A stretch of DNA of 63,289 bases, filler included, from Octopus bimaculoides (lineage: Eukaryota), in assembly GCF_001194135.2 (NCBI RefSeq). It is 7 parts of 7 records of this genome, joined end to end, with 100 filler letters (N's around TTAATTAATTAA, not from the genome) between each part and the next. Parts side by side here need not be neighbours in the genome. Positions count along the whole stretch, not along the records: positions 23,623 to 50,058 come from NC_068985.1; 6 more parts are not named here. One strand, written 5' to 3'. The stretch's first letter is position 1; the number at the start of each line of letters is the position of its first letter. Of the stretch, positions 23,857-36,079 are shown piece by piece. A model generated the notes under the pieces. The model had not been told where the DNA came from, did no database searches, and saw only the letters and a list, made by a program, of their open reading frames with translations. The position numbers and the translations under genes are program-made.

Positions 23857-24134
23857 AGCTGGAAGGTATACCAGCCGAAACGTTGCGTTAACAACAAACA
23901 AGACAAGGACAAATATCCGTCAAATGTAAATAATGTAAATAATGTACATAATTCCTCATCTCTTAAATATAGAACTGTACTATTTAATCATAAAAATATA
24001 ATATGACATTTTAAACATTGAATGACTTGGACGGTGCATCCGGTAAAATGGATATCAAAGGTGTCCATAGGTAAAAAAAAGGCTTGAAAACCTCTGATGA
24101 AACAGAAGTGTATATATGTGTATATATGTGTGTG

Positions 24135-24168
<34 letters not shown>

Positions 24169-24889
24169 GTTTTGCGTAGATGTATGTATGAATACATATT
24201 TATTTATGTATGTATCTATAAATACATTTATAGATGTATATATAGGTGTGTGTGTGTGTAGACCAGTTCCGGGGGGAAGGGGCGGCGAAATTGTCACCGG
24301 TTGAGTCTCCCTCAGTGAATTACTGGTAATTATCGAAGCGCAAAAATCGACCTCGGATGGGATCGAAAGATGATCGCAAAGAAAACGAGCCTAAAATTGA
24401 CAGAGCATTTTAGTTGCCTTGTACGAGTTTTGCTGACTTGACTGCTTTGGAAACTGTAGAATATCCTGGTATTTACATTTCTTGAAGAGCTCTCGAAGTT
24501 TTCTCGGTAAGTCATGAAACAACAATATGTAAAACAGTTTTAGCAAGTCAAACAACAGAACTGAGATGACATTGGGGGTTTTAAATGTCAACAACGCTGT
24601 TGACTATTTACACTAGACCCACGCTTCAGCTTATTAAAACTACAATAAAAGTAAGAAGAAGAATTGGGCTACGCCAACGGCATGAATGGCGAAGATGCCG
24701 TCACGTTTGGCGAGAACTAACATCACGAAGGGAAAATATTTCGAACTAGAAATAATAAACACACACAATAAGCCGCCAGTTTCCCATTAAATATAATTCC
24801 TGTATTCTGAAGACTTACAGATTAAACTTCGTAGTTTGAAGGCGTAAAACAGAATTGCACTGGTTTGACACTTGAAGCCTACCATTGTC

Positions 24890-24924
<35 letters not shown>

Positions 24925-25195
24925 NNNNNNNNNNNNNNNNNNNNNNNNNNNNNNNNNNNNNNNNNNNNNNNNNNNNNNNNNNNNNNNNNNNNNNNNNNNN
25001 NNNNNNNNNNNNNNNNNNNNNNNNNNNNNNNNNNNNNNNNNNNNNNNNNNNNNNNNNNNNNNNNNNNNNNNNNNNNNNNNNNNNNNNNNNNNNNNNNNNN
25101 NNNNNNNNNNNNNNNNNNNNNNNNNNNNNNNNNNNNNNNNNNNNNNNNNNNNNNNNNNNNNNNNNNNNNNNNNNNNNNNNNNNNNNNNNNNNNNN

Positions 25196-25355
25196 NGGGC
25201 TTCTTTCAGTTTCCGTCTACCAAATCCACCCAAAAGGCTTTGGGCAGCCCGAGGCTATAGTAGAAGACACTTGTCCAAGGTGCCACGCAGTGGGACTGAA
25301 CCTGGAACCATGTGGTTGGGGAACAGCTTCTTGCCATACAGCCATTCCTGCGCCT
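25196..25355 (-). mobile_element. CORE-type SINE family C head
   Basis: Reverse complement of taggcgcaggaatggctg..ggttcagtcccactgcgtggcaccttggacaagtgtctt..ggatttggtagacggaaactgaaagaagccc. Confidence 0.8.
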
Positions 25356-25883
25356 ATATATGTGTGTGTGTGTATACATACATTTATAAATGTGTATATA
25401 TGTATATATGTATATATGCTTGCATTTGTGTATATGTACGTGTGTGCATGTGTGTATATGTGTGCGTGCGTGTGTGTGTGTATGTGTGTATGTGTGTGTT
25501 CATGTCTGTGTGTGTGTGGTTTTGTGTAGATGTATGTATGAATACATATTTGTTGATGTATGTATGTATGTATGTATCTATATATACATTTATAGATGTA
25601 TATATATATGTGTGTGTGCGCGCGCGTGTACATGTAGACATGTATTTGTAACGACACACGTACTTTTCTCCGGACTATCTGCTCCTTCCTCCTTTTCCAC
25701 TTCTCTGGACTTTTTCCCCTTTTCTGACGAAGAATCACACTCGAAATGTCACTTCTATTTTTCCAACTAAAACTTTCACTGAGCGCCAACTAAAACTTTC
25801 CAACTATCCGTCAAATGTAAGTAATGTAAATAATGTAAATAAAATTTTCGATATATTCTATCTTCTGTATCCATTGTTTCTAC

Positions 25884-25943
<60 letters not shown>

Positions 25944-26037
25944 CACACACACATACACATATATACACGTGTGTATGTGAATGTATTTATCTAATTTATC
26001 TATGTAGATATGTACATTTATGTGTGCATAAGCGTAT

Positions 26038-26075
<38 letters not shown>

Positions 26076-27093
26076 TGCGATCGGATAAACACCACAAGAA
26101 AAGTTATGTCACATGGTATTTATTCATACAGATCATCCTATATACACCTCACGCTATCTATATGTGGTAGTATAAGCAAACATTATACCTCACTAATGTG
26201 GTCAAATATGACCGAAACATGCCCGGAGTTACTCCCCTTTTTGTTCTTTGCATTCCATTTCTCATTACTAATATTTTCAGAGTTATTTGTAATGATTTTC
26301 TTGATCATTATCTTAATGAGTCTTCTTCTTCAGTAAAGTTGTAATTTTAATATAAGGAACTTTATTGCCTCATTACTCGATCTTACTCTTCAGTTTTCAT
26401 GCAGAGCGAACCCCCGGGTGTTTGGCTTCTCATATTGCTTTCTAATGTTGCATTAGTCGTTGTTGGTTCGTTCTTAACCTAACAAACTGCTGAGTTCCCT
26501 GTTAGTCTCTGCCTACTTTCACAATCTACCACCGGTTCATTTCGTCATACGTAGGTATGTATGTGTACCTCTCTCTGTCTGTCTCTGTTTGTCTGGCTCT
26601 GTCCGTCCGTCCGTCTGCCTGCCTGTCTGTCTGTCTGCCTCTCTCTCTCCATATATATGTGTGTGTGTGTGTGTGGTTGACCTTTTTCGTCGTTGGCAGA
26701 TCGTACTGAAGAGACTTTAACTTAAACTAACCCTGCTGTACTTGGGCTCTCTATGTGTATACGCACCGCATATATATNNNNNNNNNNNNNNNNNNNNNNN
26801 NNNNNNNNNNNNNNNNNNNNNNNNNNNNNNNNNNNNNNNNNNNNNNNNNNNNNNNNNNNNNNNNNNNNNNNNNNNNNNNNNNNNNNNNNNNNNNNNNNNN
26901 NNNNNNNNNNNNNNNNNNNNNNNNNNNNNNNNNNNNNNNNNNNNNNNNNNNNNNNNNNNNNNNNNNNNNNNNNNNNNNNNNNNNNNNNNNNNNNNNNNNN
27001 NNNNNNNNNNNNNNNNNNNNNNNNNNNNNNNNNNNNNNNNNNNNNNNNNNNNNNNNNNNNNNNNNNNNNNNNNNNNNNNNNNNNNNNNNNNNN

Positions 27094-27158
<65 letters not shown>

Positions 27159-27290
27159 CACACATACACACACATGCACACACGTACATATACACACAAA
27201 TGCAAGGATAGTTGTATAAAAAAGATATATAAAATTTATTGAAACAAGAGACAGAAGGCGCAACAAGGTCAGCAAAGGTCAGTATACATA

Positions 27291-29266
27291 CACTGCGTTT
27301 CAAATTATTAACGACGTAACATTTTTTATTTTATTAAAAAACTACTCGTTGGAATTCAACGAGATTCCCACAGAATGATGGCGACAGTTACATGCGTGTT
27401 GTGTGTAAAAAACGTGAAGTTTGGCGCAAGTGTAAATAAACCGCGCCCATTTGCATGATTTCCACGAATTTTCCGTGTTCTAAATTATTAACGAGTAGTC
27501 TGATAATGGTGTAATTATGGGTCACAAATGTGACTTAACTGCTTCAGGGAAATCTGTTATTATTTCTGGACTTGCAAAAAGGTAAATCAACTTTAGAAAT
27601 ATTTAAAATCATTGGAAAATATCACCAAACTGTGAAAACATTTGTTACAGTTTCTACGAACATATGCAAGAGATCAGACGAGGGTCAGTCGAGGGGTGTT
27701 TCTCAAAGTTCTCTGTTACGATTTACGCGTGAAGCTGTAAAGAACCAAGGTCTTACAAGAGGAGAACATTTCAAGCACACTGGCAAAAGAACTGCGTCCC
27801 AGAACTGTCCGATGTCGTCTTCTGAAAAAGGTCAATAAACCAGTGACGTCAGTTAAAAGACCTTCTTTAAACAAAATACAAAATCGTCTGAAATGGGTAG
27901 AAGATAACATGAAGGGCGACTTTCCAAAGGTTTTGTAAACGGACGAAATTCATGTTACTCATGAAGGACCTGATGGTTGGAGTAAAGGATGGGTTGTAAA
28001 TGAAAGAGATCGTCATCAACACTTGAGATGCCAACAAGGGGGAGGAGGCATCATGATGTGGGCAGGTGTTAGTGGAAGTATTATGGTTGGTCCTTGGAAA
28101 GTGCCTGGTGGTGTTAAAATGACTGCAGGTATTAGTGGAAGTACTATGGCTGGGCCTTGGAAAGTGCCTGATGGTATTAAAATGACTGCGGATACTTACA
28201 TAGCCTTTCTGAGAGAGCACATCGAACCTTGGTTAAAAAAGTGAAGGATCATCTTCAAGACAACCATAATATTCATGCAAGACAATGCGTCCTCGCACTC
28301 AACGAAGAAAACTACAGAATATCTGCAACATAATTCTGTGGACCGCGGAAGACGAAGTGGCCTGCCTGTTCCCCCGACTTAAACCCAATAGAAAACTTGT
28401 GGAGTATTCTAAGGCGACTATTTTAAATGAATGGAAACCAATTTAGGAGCAAGGATGAATTGTAGCAGGCCATACTGGATGTATCTCGAGATATAAGGTC
28501 AGAGAAAATCCAGCGCCTTTTCTAATTTATTTCAAACAAAGGCTCATATATCCCTTATTAACCATCATTTTTGAATATTGTTTATTTGTTTATTTCTATT
28601 TCTGCCATGTTTAGGAGTGTATGCGTTCATTCCAGTATGTACATAAAACAATTAAATTGGTATTTTCTTGTTTACATTAGTTTTAATTACACCTCGCTAA
28701 TAATTTGAAACAGTGGAACTTTACGTAAATTTGGTAAATGGCCGTAGTTTCTATGTTGCTTTACAGAACCTCACATTTTTTACACACCATGCGCACATAC
28801 CAGTTGTCATCATTCTGTGAAAGTTTCGTTGAATTTCAACCAATAGTTTTTAAATAAAATAAAAACAAGAGCCCTCTGAGAACGCAAACCTCTGCCAAGG
28901 CAACACCAACGTCCTCTCAACGATTAGCCGGAGATGATTTTTAAAATAAGAATATCTGAAATTAACTCGACTGCTCTCACGAACGTGAATACTAAAAATG
29001 AACCCGACCGCTCTCAAAAATTAAGCATAAAAACAGGAAAAATAATCCAGAATCCTTGTCCGGTACCAGATCGATCCAAAAATCTAATCAATTCGTGCCA
29101 GTCACGAGGCCAAACATCCCTGAAAGTTTCATCCGAATCCATCTTGCGGTTCTTGAGATATCTTGTCCACGGACAAACAAACACGACTGAAACAATACCT
29201 CCGCCTTCGCTAAGGCGGAGGTAATAAATGTTACGTCGTTAATTTGAAACGCAGTGCACAAGCAAA
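27291..29266 (+). mobile_element. Tc1-family transposon with long IR/DR-type TIRs, degraded transposase (27517 to about 28560)
   Basis: TA|CACTGCGTTTCAAATTATTAACGAC left end and matching right end at 29230-29266. TIRs of about 200 bp with inner direct repeats (27480-27495, 28694-28716). MGHKCDLT.., DEIHVTHEGPDGW, IMMWAG, FMQDNASSH, PDLNPIENLW. Confidence 0.85.
28864..29227 (-). mobile_element. Helentron-associated non-autonomous element (HINE/DINE-1-like) nested in the Tc1 right TIR
   Basis: Terminal TTATTACCTCCGCCTT-AGCG-AAGGCGGAGGTA 12-bp hairpin, tgtttgtttgtcc microsatellite, other end ..ctcttgTT, inserted in a T-run. The TIR resumes on both sides. Confidence 0.7.
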
Positions 29267-29649
29267 GAGAGGGTAGTCACTGTGTCTATGCTGTCTATGT
29301 TACCGTATGATTACATTTAAAGAGAGCGTAGAAATGTGAGAAGAGAGTATATTAAACTCTTCACTTGTACGTAGTACAACGGAGCTCGTTTGTTGTTATG
29401 AAGCTTTCCACTATATAACCGAGTTGGAACGGTTATACATGAGTGTATTTCTATGTTTACTCATGTAAAATACAACACATGCACAAATACGTACATACAC
29501 ACGTACATCAGCTCCTTGAGCAATACTCTTTGATAACCTAGAATGCATGCCCAAAGAAGTCGCACGACTCTACCGCAACGTACCATCGGATGAAAGGATG
29601 AGCCTATGTGAGCAGAAGACTATGAATGGATATATTAGTAGAAAGCTCT

Positions 29650-30060
29650 GAGATGATAGTAACATTGCTCATCAAAGCAGTTTATCATGGACCAAAAACC
29701 GGATTACTACCTCCCACTTTGAAGGGTATGCGTTTGAAATCCAGGAACAGGAAATATCAACCAAGTACCTGATGCACAAAAGGGATAGAAATGCCGTAAT
29801 ATGTGACAACCGATGCAGACTTTGTGGAGTTCACATTGAAGATATCAGCCACATCATAAGCAGTTGTCTGAAAATGTCATCACGGTATTATCCACCGATG
29901 AGACATGATGTAGCTTGGACTACAAATATGCAAGACTTTTCTCAAGTTCCAAATCTGAATTTGTCTGTGTTAACTACATCCCAAAGATGGAGCCTTGTAT
30001 CTGTGTTGGAAACCAACTCCCTCCTCCGTGAAAGATTTATGATAACTAAAAAATAGAAGC
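29650..30060 (+). mobile_element. R4/Dong-like RLE fragment (CCHC region), same family as 17213-18776
   Basis: TSHFEGYAFEIQEQEISTKYL..CRLCGVHIEDISHIISSC..RHDVA. Confidence 0.8.
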
Positions 30061-30913
30061 GACATACATATATACATACATTATACATACATACATACAT
30101 ACATACACACATACATACATACGTACATACATACATATATACACACATACATATATACCTACTGCAAAAAAGAGAATACCAACGCTGAACTATTGGGAAA
30201 TTTGCAGTTACAGTATCCAGATTACAAGTTCATGAAATATATACAAGTCATAAAAAATATATACAGTACNNNNNNNNNNNNNNNNNNNNNNNNNNNNNNN
30301 NNNNNNNNNNNNNNNNNNNNNNNNNNNNNNNNNNNNNNNNNNNNNNNNNNNNNNNNNNNNNNNNNNNNNNNNNNNNNNNNNNNNNNNNNNNNNNNNNNNN
30401 NNNNNNNNNNNNNNNNNNNNNNNNNNNNNNNNNNNNNNNNNNNNNNNNNNNNNNNNNNNNNNNNNNNNNNNNNNNNNNNNNNNNNNNNNNNNNNNNNNNN
30501 NNNNNNNNNNNNNNNNNNNNNNNNNNNNNNNNNNNNNNNNNNNNNNNNNNNNNNNNNNNNNNNNNNNNNNNNNNNNNNNNNNNNNNNNNNNNNNNNNNNN
30601 NNNNNNNNNNNNNNNNNNNNNNNNNNNNNNNNNNNNNNNNNNNNNNNNNNNNNNNNNNNNNNNNNNNNNNNNNNNNNNNNNNNNNNNNNNNNNNNNNNNN
30701 NNNNNNNNNNNNNNNNNNNNNNNNNNNNNNNNNNNNNNNNNNNNNNNNNNNNNNNNNNNNNNNNNNNNNNNNNNNNNNNNNNNNNNNNNNNNNNNNNNNN
30801 NNNNNNNNNNNNNNNNNNNNNNNNNNNNNNNNNNNNNNNNNNNNNNNNNNNNNNNNNNNNNNNNNNNNNNNNNNNNNNNNNNNNNNNNNNNNNNNNNNNN
30901 NNNNNNNNNNNNN

Positions 30914-30945
<32 letters not shown>

Positions 30946-31244
30946 TTAATGGTGTGTATTTATGCGTGGGTGTGTACATGTGCCTTAAGTGCGTGTGTGG
31001 GTGTGTACGTGTGCATAAGTGCGTGCGAGTGCGGACACATGAGTGCATATGTATGTATCGATGCGTTACCTTTCAATGTCACTAATATCGTAATCCTCGG
31101 CAAACTCCACTTGTTGTATCCTGACCGGGTGTTCGTGTCGATGTATCGGTAGACATATCGGCCGAGGTCCTAATGGTGATAGAAAAGAAAGCAATTGGCA
31201 TTTATTTCTTTCTAATTCTCAGAACAAGAAATAGACAAATCATT

Positions 31245-31880
31245 ATTTCTAATTTTGGCACAAGGCCGGCAATTTTAAGGGAAGGAGTTAAGTCGATTAC
31301 ATCTACCCCAGTGCTTAACTGGTACTTATTTTATCAACCCCGGAATGATGAAAGGCAATGTCGACCCTGGTGGAATTGCGCACAGAGCCTGAAGAAATGT
31401 TGCTAAGTATTTTGTCCGTTGTGTTAACGATTCTAGCAGCTCATCACCTGTGAAAATACGCAAATTACTCTTTCACCACAACTTTCTCTCACTCTTTCTT
31501 TCTGAACTCCATTTTCTATTCTTCTTTTAAATGGATATAAACTATATGCTTTATGTATACTTATTATTTTAAGAAAATTCATTTCGCCCAAATTCTAGGT
31601 ATTGAACCAGCATTTCCTTGGATGAAACCATCCCTTCATGAGGCTAACATAAGCGTGACACCTTCGGCAAATGTCTTCTGCTATAGCCTCGGGCCGACCA
31701 AAGCGTTATGAGTGGATTTGGTAGACGGAAATACATCCCCGTCACTTAGCGGTTCGGCAAAAAGGAGCCGATAGAATAAGTACTAGGCTTACAAAGAATA
31801 AGTCACGGGGTCGATTTGCTCGACTAAAGGTGGTGCTCCAGCATGGCCGCAGTCAAATGACTGAAACAAGTAAAAGAGTG
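31245..31880. mobile_element. SINE A (31245-31450, -) and SINE C pieces (31655-31880, +)
   Basis: Family motifs as above. Confidence 0.7.
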
Positions 31881-32029
31881 TATACATATATATATATATA
31901 TATATCAAAACAGTTTGATTCAGACTCCTTGGTACTCTGAGTTTCAAGTGCGTAGCTAGTTTTCGATTATACATACATACATACATGTATATGATTGATG
32001 ACGATGATGGACTCTCTCGTCGTTAGACG

Positions 32030-32430
32030 ACGTATAAGGGTTCGACAATTTCTTACCGAACAACCACACAAATGATTTATTTGTAGAGATCAAATGTTTC
32101 TCTGTAGACAGAAGCTCACTCCCTCCATCAGATCGACATTACCTGTACAGGTGCAACTGGGTGCCACATGTCACATGACGCAAAGATCGCAGAGCAACGT
32201 GAAATGACGAGCTTTGCTCAAGAGCACAACGCAACGTCCGGTCTGGGAATGGAACCCACGATCTCAGTTCCAGGACCACTCTTTTCTTTTACCAGCTGAG
32301 TAGACTGGAGTAACGTGAAAAGATAAGTTTTGTTCAAGAACATAACGCATCGCCCAGTCCAGGAATGGAAACCACAATCTTACGATCATGAGTCCAGCAA
32401 TCTAACCACTAAGCCATGTGCCTCCACCAT
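32030..32430 (-). mobile_element. Two tandem SINE B2 (CORE-type) pieces with different tails
   Basis: Repeated reverse-complement heads (ggaatggaa(a/c)ccac..atct) and the ttgctcaag/gcaacgtgaaa middle. Confidence 0.6.
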
Positions 32431-33596
32431 GCCTATGGTAGAAAGAATTATGTAACAGAATGGGAAAGAGAATGATCAGAGACCGCAATGCTAATGTTAT
32501 ATTATATACTTTCCCTTCGTCTTTTGTTGGTCTTAGGGACATTGTAAATTGACTTATTTCACATTGAGTTTGCTTTTTAGAGTTTATTTTTTGTTTTGGT
32601 TTTTACTGTAGCTTAGTNNNNNNNNNNNNNNNNNNNNNNNNNNNNNNNNNNNNNNNNNNNNNNNNNNNNNNNNNNNNNNNNNNNNNNNNNNNNNNNNNNN
32701 NNNNNNNNNNNNNNNNNNNNNNNNNNNNNNNNNNNNNNNNNNNNNNNNNNNNNNNNNNNNNNNNNNNNNNNNNNNNNNNNNNNNNNNNNNNNNNNNNNNN
32801 NNNNNNNNNNNNNNNNNNNNNNNNNNNNNNNNNNNNNNNNNNNNNNNNNNNNNNNNNNNNNNNNNNNNNNNNNNNNNNNNNNNNNNNNNNNNNNNNNNNN
32901 NNNNNNNNNNNNNNNNNNNNNNNNNNNNNNNNNNNNNNNNNNNNNNNNNNNNNNNNNNNNNNNNNNNNNNNNNNNNNNNNNNNNNNNNNNNNNNNNNNNN
33001 NNNNNNNNNNNNNNNNNNNNNNNNNNNNNNNNNNNNNNNNNNNNNNNNNNNNNNNNNNNNNNNNNNNNNNNNNNNNNNNNNNNNNNNNNNNNNNNNNNNN
33101 NNNNNNNNNNNNNNNNNNNNNNNNNNNNNNNNNNNNNNNNNNNNNNNNNNNNNNNNNNNNNNNNNNNNNNNNNNNNNNNNNNNNNNNNNNNNNNNNNNNN
33201 NNNNNNNNNNNNNNNNNNNNNNNNNNNNNNNNNNNNNNNNNNNNNNNNNNNNNNNNNNNNNNNNNNNNNNNNNNNNNNNNNNNNNNNNNNNNNNNNNNNN
33301 NNNNNNNNNNNGAGACCGCAATGCTAATGTTATATTATATACTTTCCCTTCGTCTTTTGTTGGTCTTAGGGACATTGTAAATTGACTTATTTCACATTGA
33401 GTTTGCTTTTTAGAGTCTATTTTTTGCTTTGGTTTTTACTGTAGCTTAGTCATAAAAGGAACGTCTGCAACCATGACCTCTTTCAGGGCGTCTGAGATGT
33501 AGGGGTGGGGAAGGTAAGGTAGAAGTAACCTTAGTCTGGAGGTTCTGGTCCGAATGCATACTATAGCCTTGACTCCTGTCATATTATTTTACTAGA

Positions 33597-33810
33597 AAGG
33601 CAGCGAGTTGGCAGTAACGTTAGCACGCCGGGCGAAATGCTTAGCTGTATTTCGTCTGTCTTTACGTTCTGAGTTCAAATTCCACCGAGGTCGACTTTGC
33701 TTTTCATCCTTTCGAGGTCAATAAATTAAGTACCAGTTGCGTCCTAGGATCGATCTAATCGACTGGCCCCTTCCCCCAAAATGTCGGGCCTTGTGCCTAG
33801 AGTAAAAACG
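33597..33810 (+). mobile_element. SINE family A
   Basis: Full consensus with ..ttgtgcctagagta tail. Confidence 0.85.
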
Positions 33811-33905
33811 TATAATGTTTTACTAGAGTCATCTAACATCTATTGATGTGCAGTCTCGGATCAGTCATTGCAGCCGTAAACATCGTACCTATTTTTTTAA
33901 TATCT

Positions 33906-34283
33906 AACTTGTTGGCATTCCGTCGGTTACGACGACGAGTGATCCAGTTGATCAGATCAACGAAACAGCCTGCTCGTGAAATTAACGTGCAAATGGCTGA
34001 GCACTCTACCCTTAACGTAGTTCTCGGGGAGATTCAGCGTGACACAGAGTGTGACAAGTCTTTTGACTGCGGCCCTTTTGAAATACAGGTACAGGAAGAA
34101 AGAGTAAGAGAAAGTTATGGTGAAAGAGTACAGCAGGGTTCGCCACCATCCCCTGCCGGAGCCTCGTGGAGCTTTAGGTGTTTTCGCTCAATAAACACTC
34201 ACAACGGCCGGTCTGGGAAGCGAAACCGCGATCCTAAGACCGTGAGTCCGCCGCCCCTAACCACTGGGCCATTGCACCTCCAC
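33906..34283 (-). mobile_element. SINE family B1, full length
   Basis: Reverse complement of 9883-10268; near-perfect TSD aatatctaact/aatctctaact. Confidence 0.85.
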
Positions 34284-34769
34284 AATCTCTAACTTAAAGC
34301 GACATTATCTAATGTATCCTTCCTTTTTCCTTAAAACAGTAGGATATGATTTGACGGTGATTTCTAGCAGGATGGGTTACCACGTAGAGGCTTTCACGTT
34401 GACTCATTCTCCCCTTTTACCTGTCTGGATTAACCCCATTTCAATCCTGATGAGTAAAGGTATTCCAGCGACGATTATCCCGTGTTTGATCTTGGATTAT
34501 ATTATCTAATGTGTCACTTCCATATTTTTCAAGAGAGCAGGATGTCACTTGAGGGAGTTTTGACTTATATTTTCAGCAGCTCAAGTGGCCATGTTACAGC
34601 TGCCTTGCTGTCCCATGATTTAAAAAGCCATTCTACTATTAAACACACAAATACACTGTTAGATTCAATTTTCTTAATATTTGTGAAGTAGTAGTAGTAG
34701 TAATTTTTTATTTAGACACAAGGCCAGCAATTTTGAGGGGAGTGCATTATTCGATGATTTTTCTTTTAT

Positions 34770-35178
34770 CTCTTACTTGTTTCAGTCATTAGACAGCGGC
34801 CATGCTGGGGCACCGCCTCGAAGAATTTTTAGTCGAATGAATCGACCCCAGTACTTATCCTTTTTTTTAAAAAGCTTGGTACTTGTTCTATCGGTCACTT
34901 TCGCCGAATCGCTAAGTTACGTGGACGTAAACACACCGACACCGGTTGTCAGTCGGTGGTGGGGGGAAAATCAGACACTCTCACCACACACACACATACA
35001 TACAGACACGTGTATGATGGGTTTCTTTCAGTTTCCGTCTACCAAATCCACTCACAAGGCTTTGGTCGGCTCGAAGCTATAATGGAAGACACTTGCCCAA
35101 GGTGCCACGCAACGGGACTGAATATGGAACCATGTGGTTGGGAATCAAGTTTCTTACTACACAGTCATGCCTGCGCCT
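34770..35178 (-). mobile_element. SINE family C, full length (head-CORE-microsatellite-tail)
   Basis: Head 35016-35178, (CA) middle, and tail 34770-34960 containing the reverse complement of ggcggtgccccagcatggccgc. Confidence 0.8.
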
Positions 35179-35354
35179 ACTGACCCCAGTACAATATTAG
35201 GACTCTGTTTTATCGTCCCCAGAGGGACGAAAGGCAAAGCTGACCGCGACAGAATTTGAACTCAGAATGCAGCGAGCCAGAACAAACACCGCAAGGCATT
35301 TTGTTTGATGGTCTAACGCTACTGCCAACCCATCATCTTTGTCATCATCATCCA

Positions 35355-35655
35355 GTGTTTTAAATCCGGGTTTTGTCCCCGTTCACGGGGGGTGGCCGGA
35401 TCTACCTCAATGCCATAGCAACCGAGGTAGGCAGGTGCAGCCCACCCCAACCTTTGGGCTGGCTGGTGTCCATTCTCCTTTGCTATAATGAGGCTCTTTT
35501 GGAGCTGAATTTTCTACGGGGAGCATGCCCTTGCTTACCCCCAACCTCAGTTTCTAGACATGAGTGGTCCTCAGACCAGGGGCTCTACTACGATCTTTAA
35601 AGAAATGTGGTGGAAAACTAGCCCAGGAAGGCAGGGACACTACTCCCTGAGACCC
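35355..35655 (-). mobile_element. RTE-derived non-autonomous element; inverted partner at 37435-37746
   Basis: gaggttgggggtaagcaagggcatgctccccgtagaaaa domain, ..ggatttaaaac end with (GAT)n-like tail. Confidence 0.6.
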
Positions 35656-35975
35656 CTTTGTAATTAATAATGAGGGTTTATAATTAAGGTACAAGGTCAG
35701 CAACTNNNNNNNNNNNNNNNNNNNNNNNNNNNNNNNNNNNNNNNNNNNNNNNNNNNNNNNNNNNNNNNNNNNNNNNNNNNNNNNNNNNNNNNNNNNNNNN
35801 NNCTGTGCATCATTTTATCGACCTCTGGAGAAATGAAAGGTGTAGTTGATTTCGGCGAGATTTGAACTCAGAATATATAGAGCCGAGACGAATGCTGCAA
35901 AACATTTTTCCCGATGCCCTAACGATTCTACCAAAGTACTGTATCTGTAATATGGTTAACTTACTCTGCACTTTC

Positions 35976-36044
<69 letters not shown>

Positions 36045-36079
36045 GGTGTGCCTGTGGCCAATATGGAGATGTCTGAATC

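Larger units (their letters stand above)
23623..23982. mobile_element. ORF-less PLE terminal-repeat pair: minus copy (23623-23857) fused to inverted plus copy (23858-23982)
   Basis: The minus copy has a tRNA-like head, (AAT)n and a hammerhead. The plus copy starts inside hammerhead stem II and ends ..cctcatctcttaaatatagaactgta, like 60942. Confidence 0.85.

Noticed and set aside
35643-35660. TCCCTGAGACCC resembling miR-125
   Set aside because: Only about 12 nt match, lies within a repeat whose other copy differs, and no precursor hairpin is evident.
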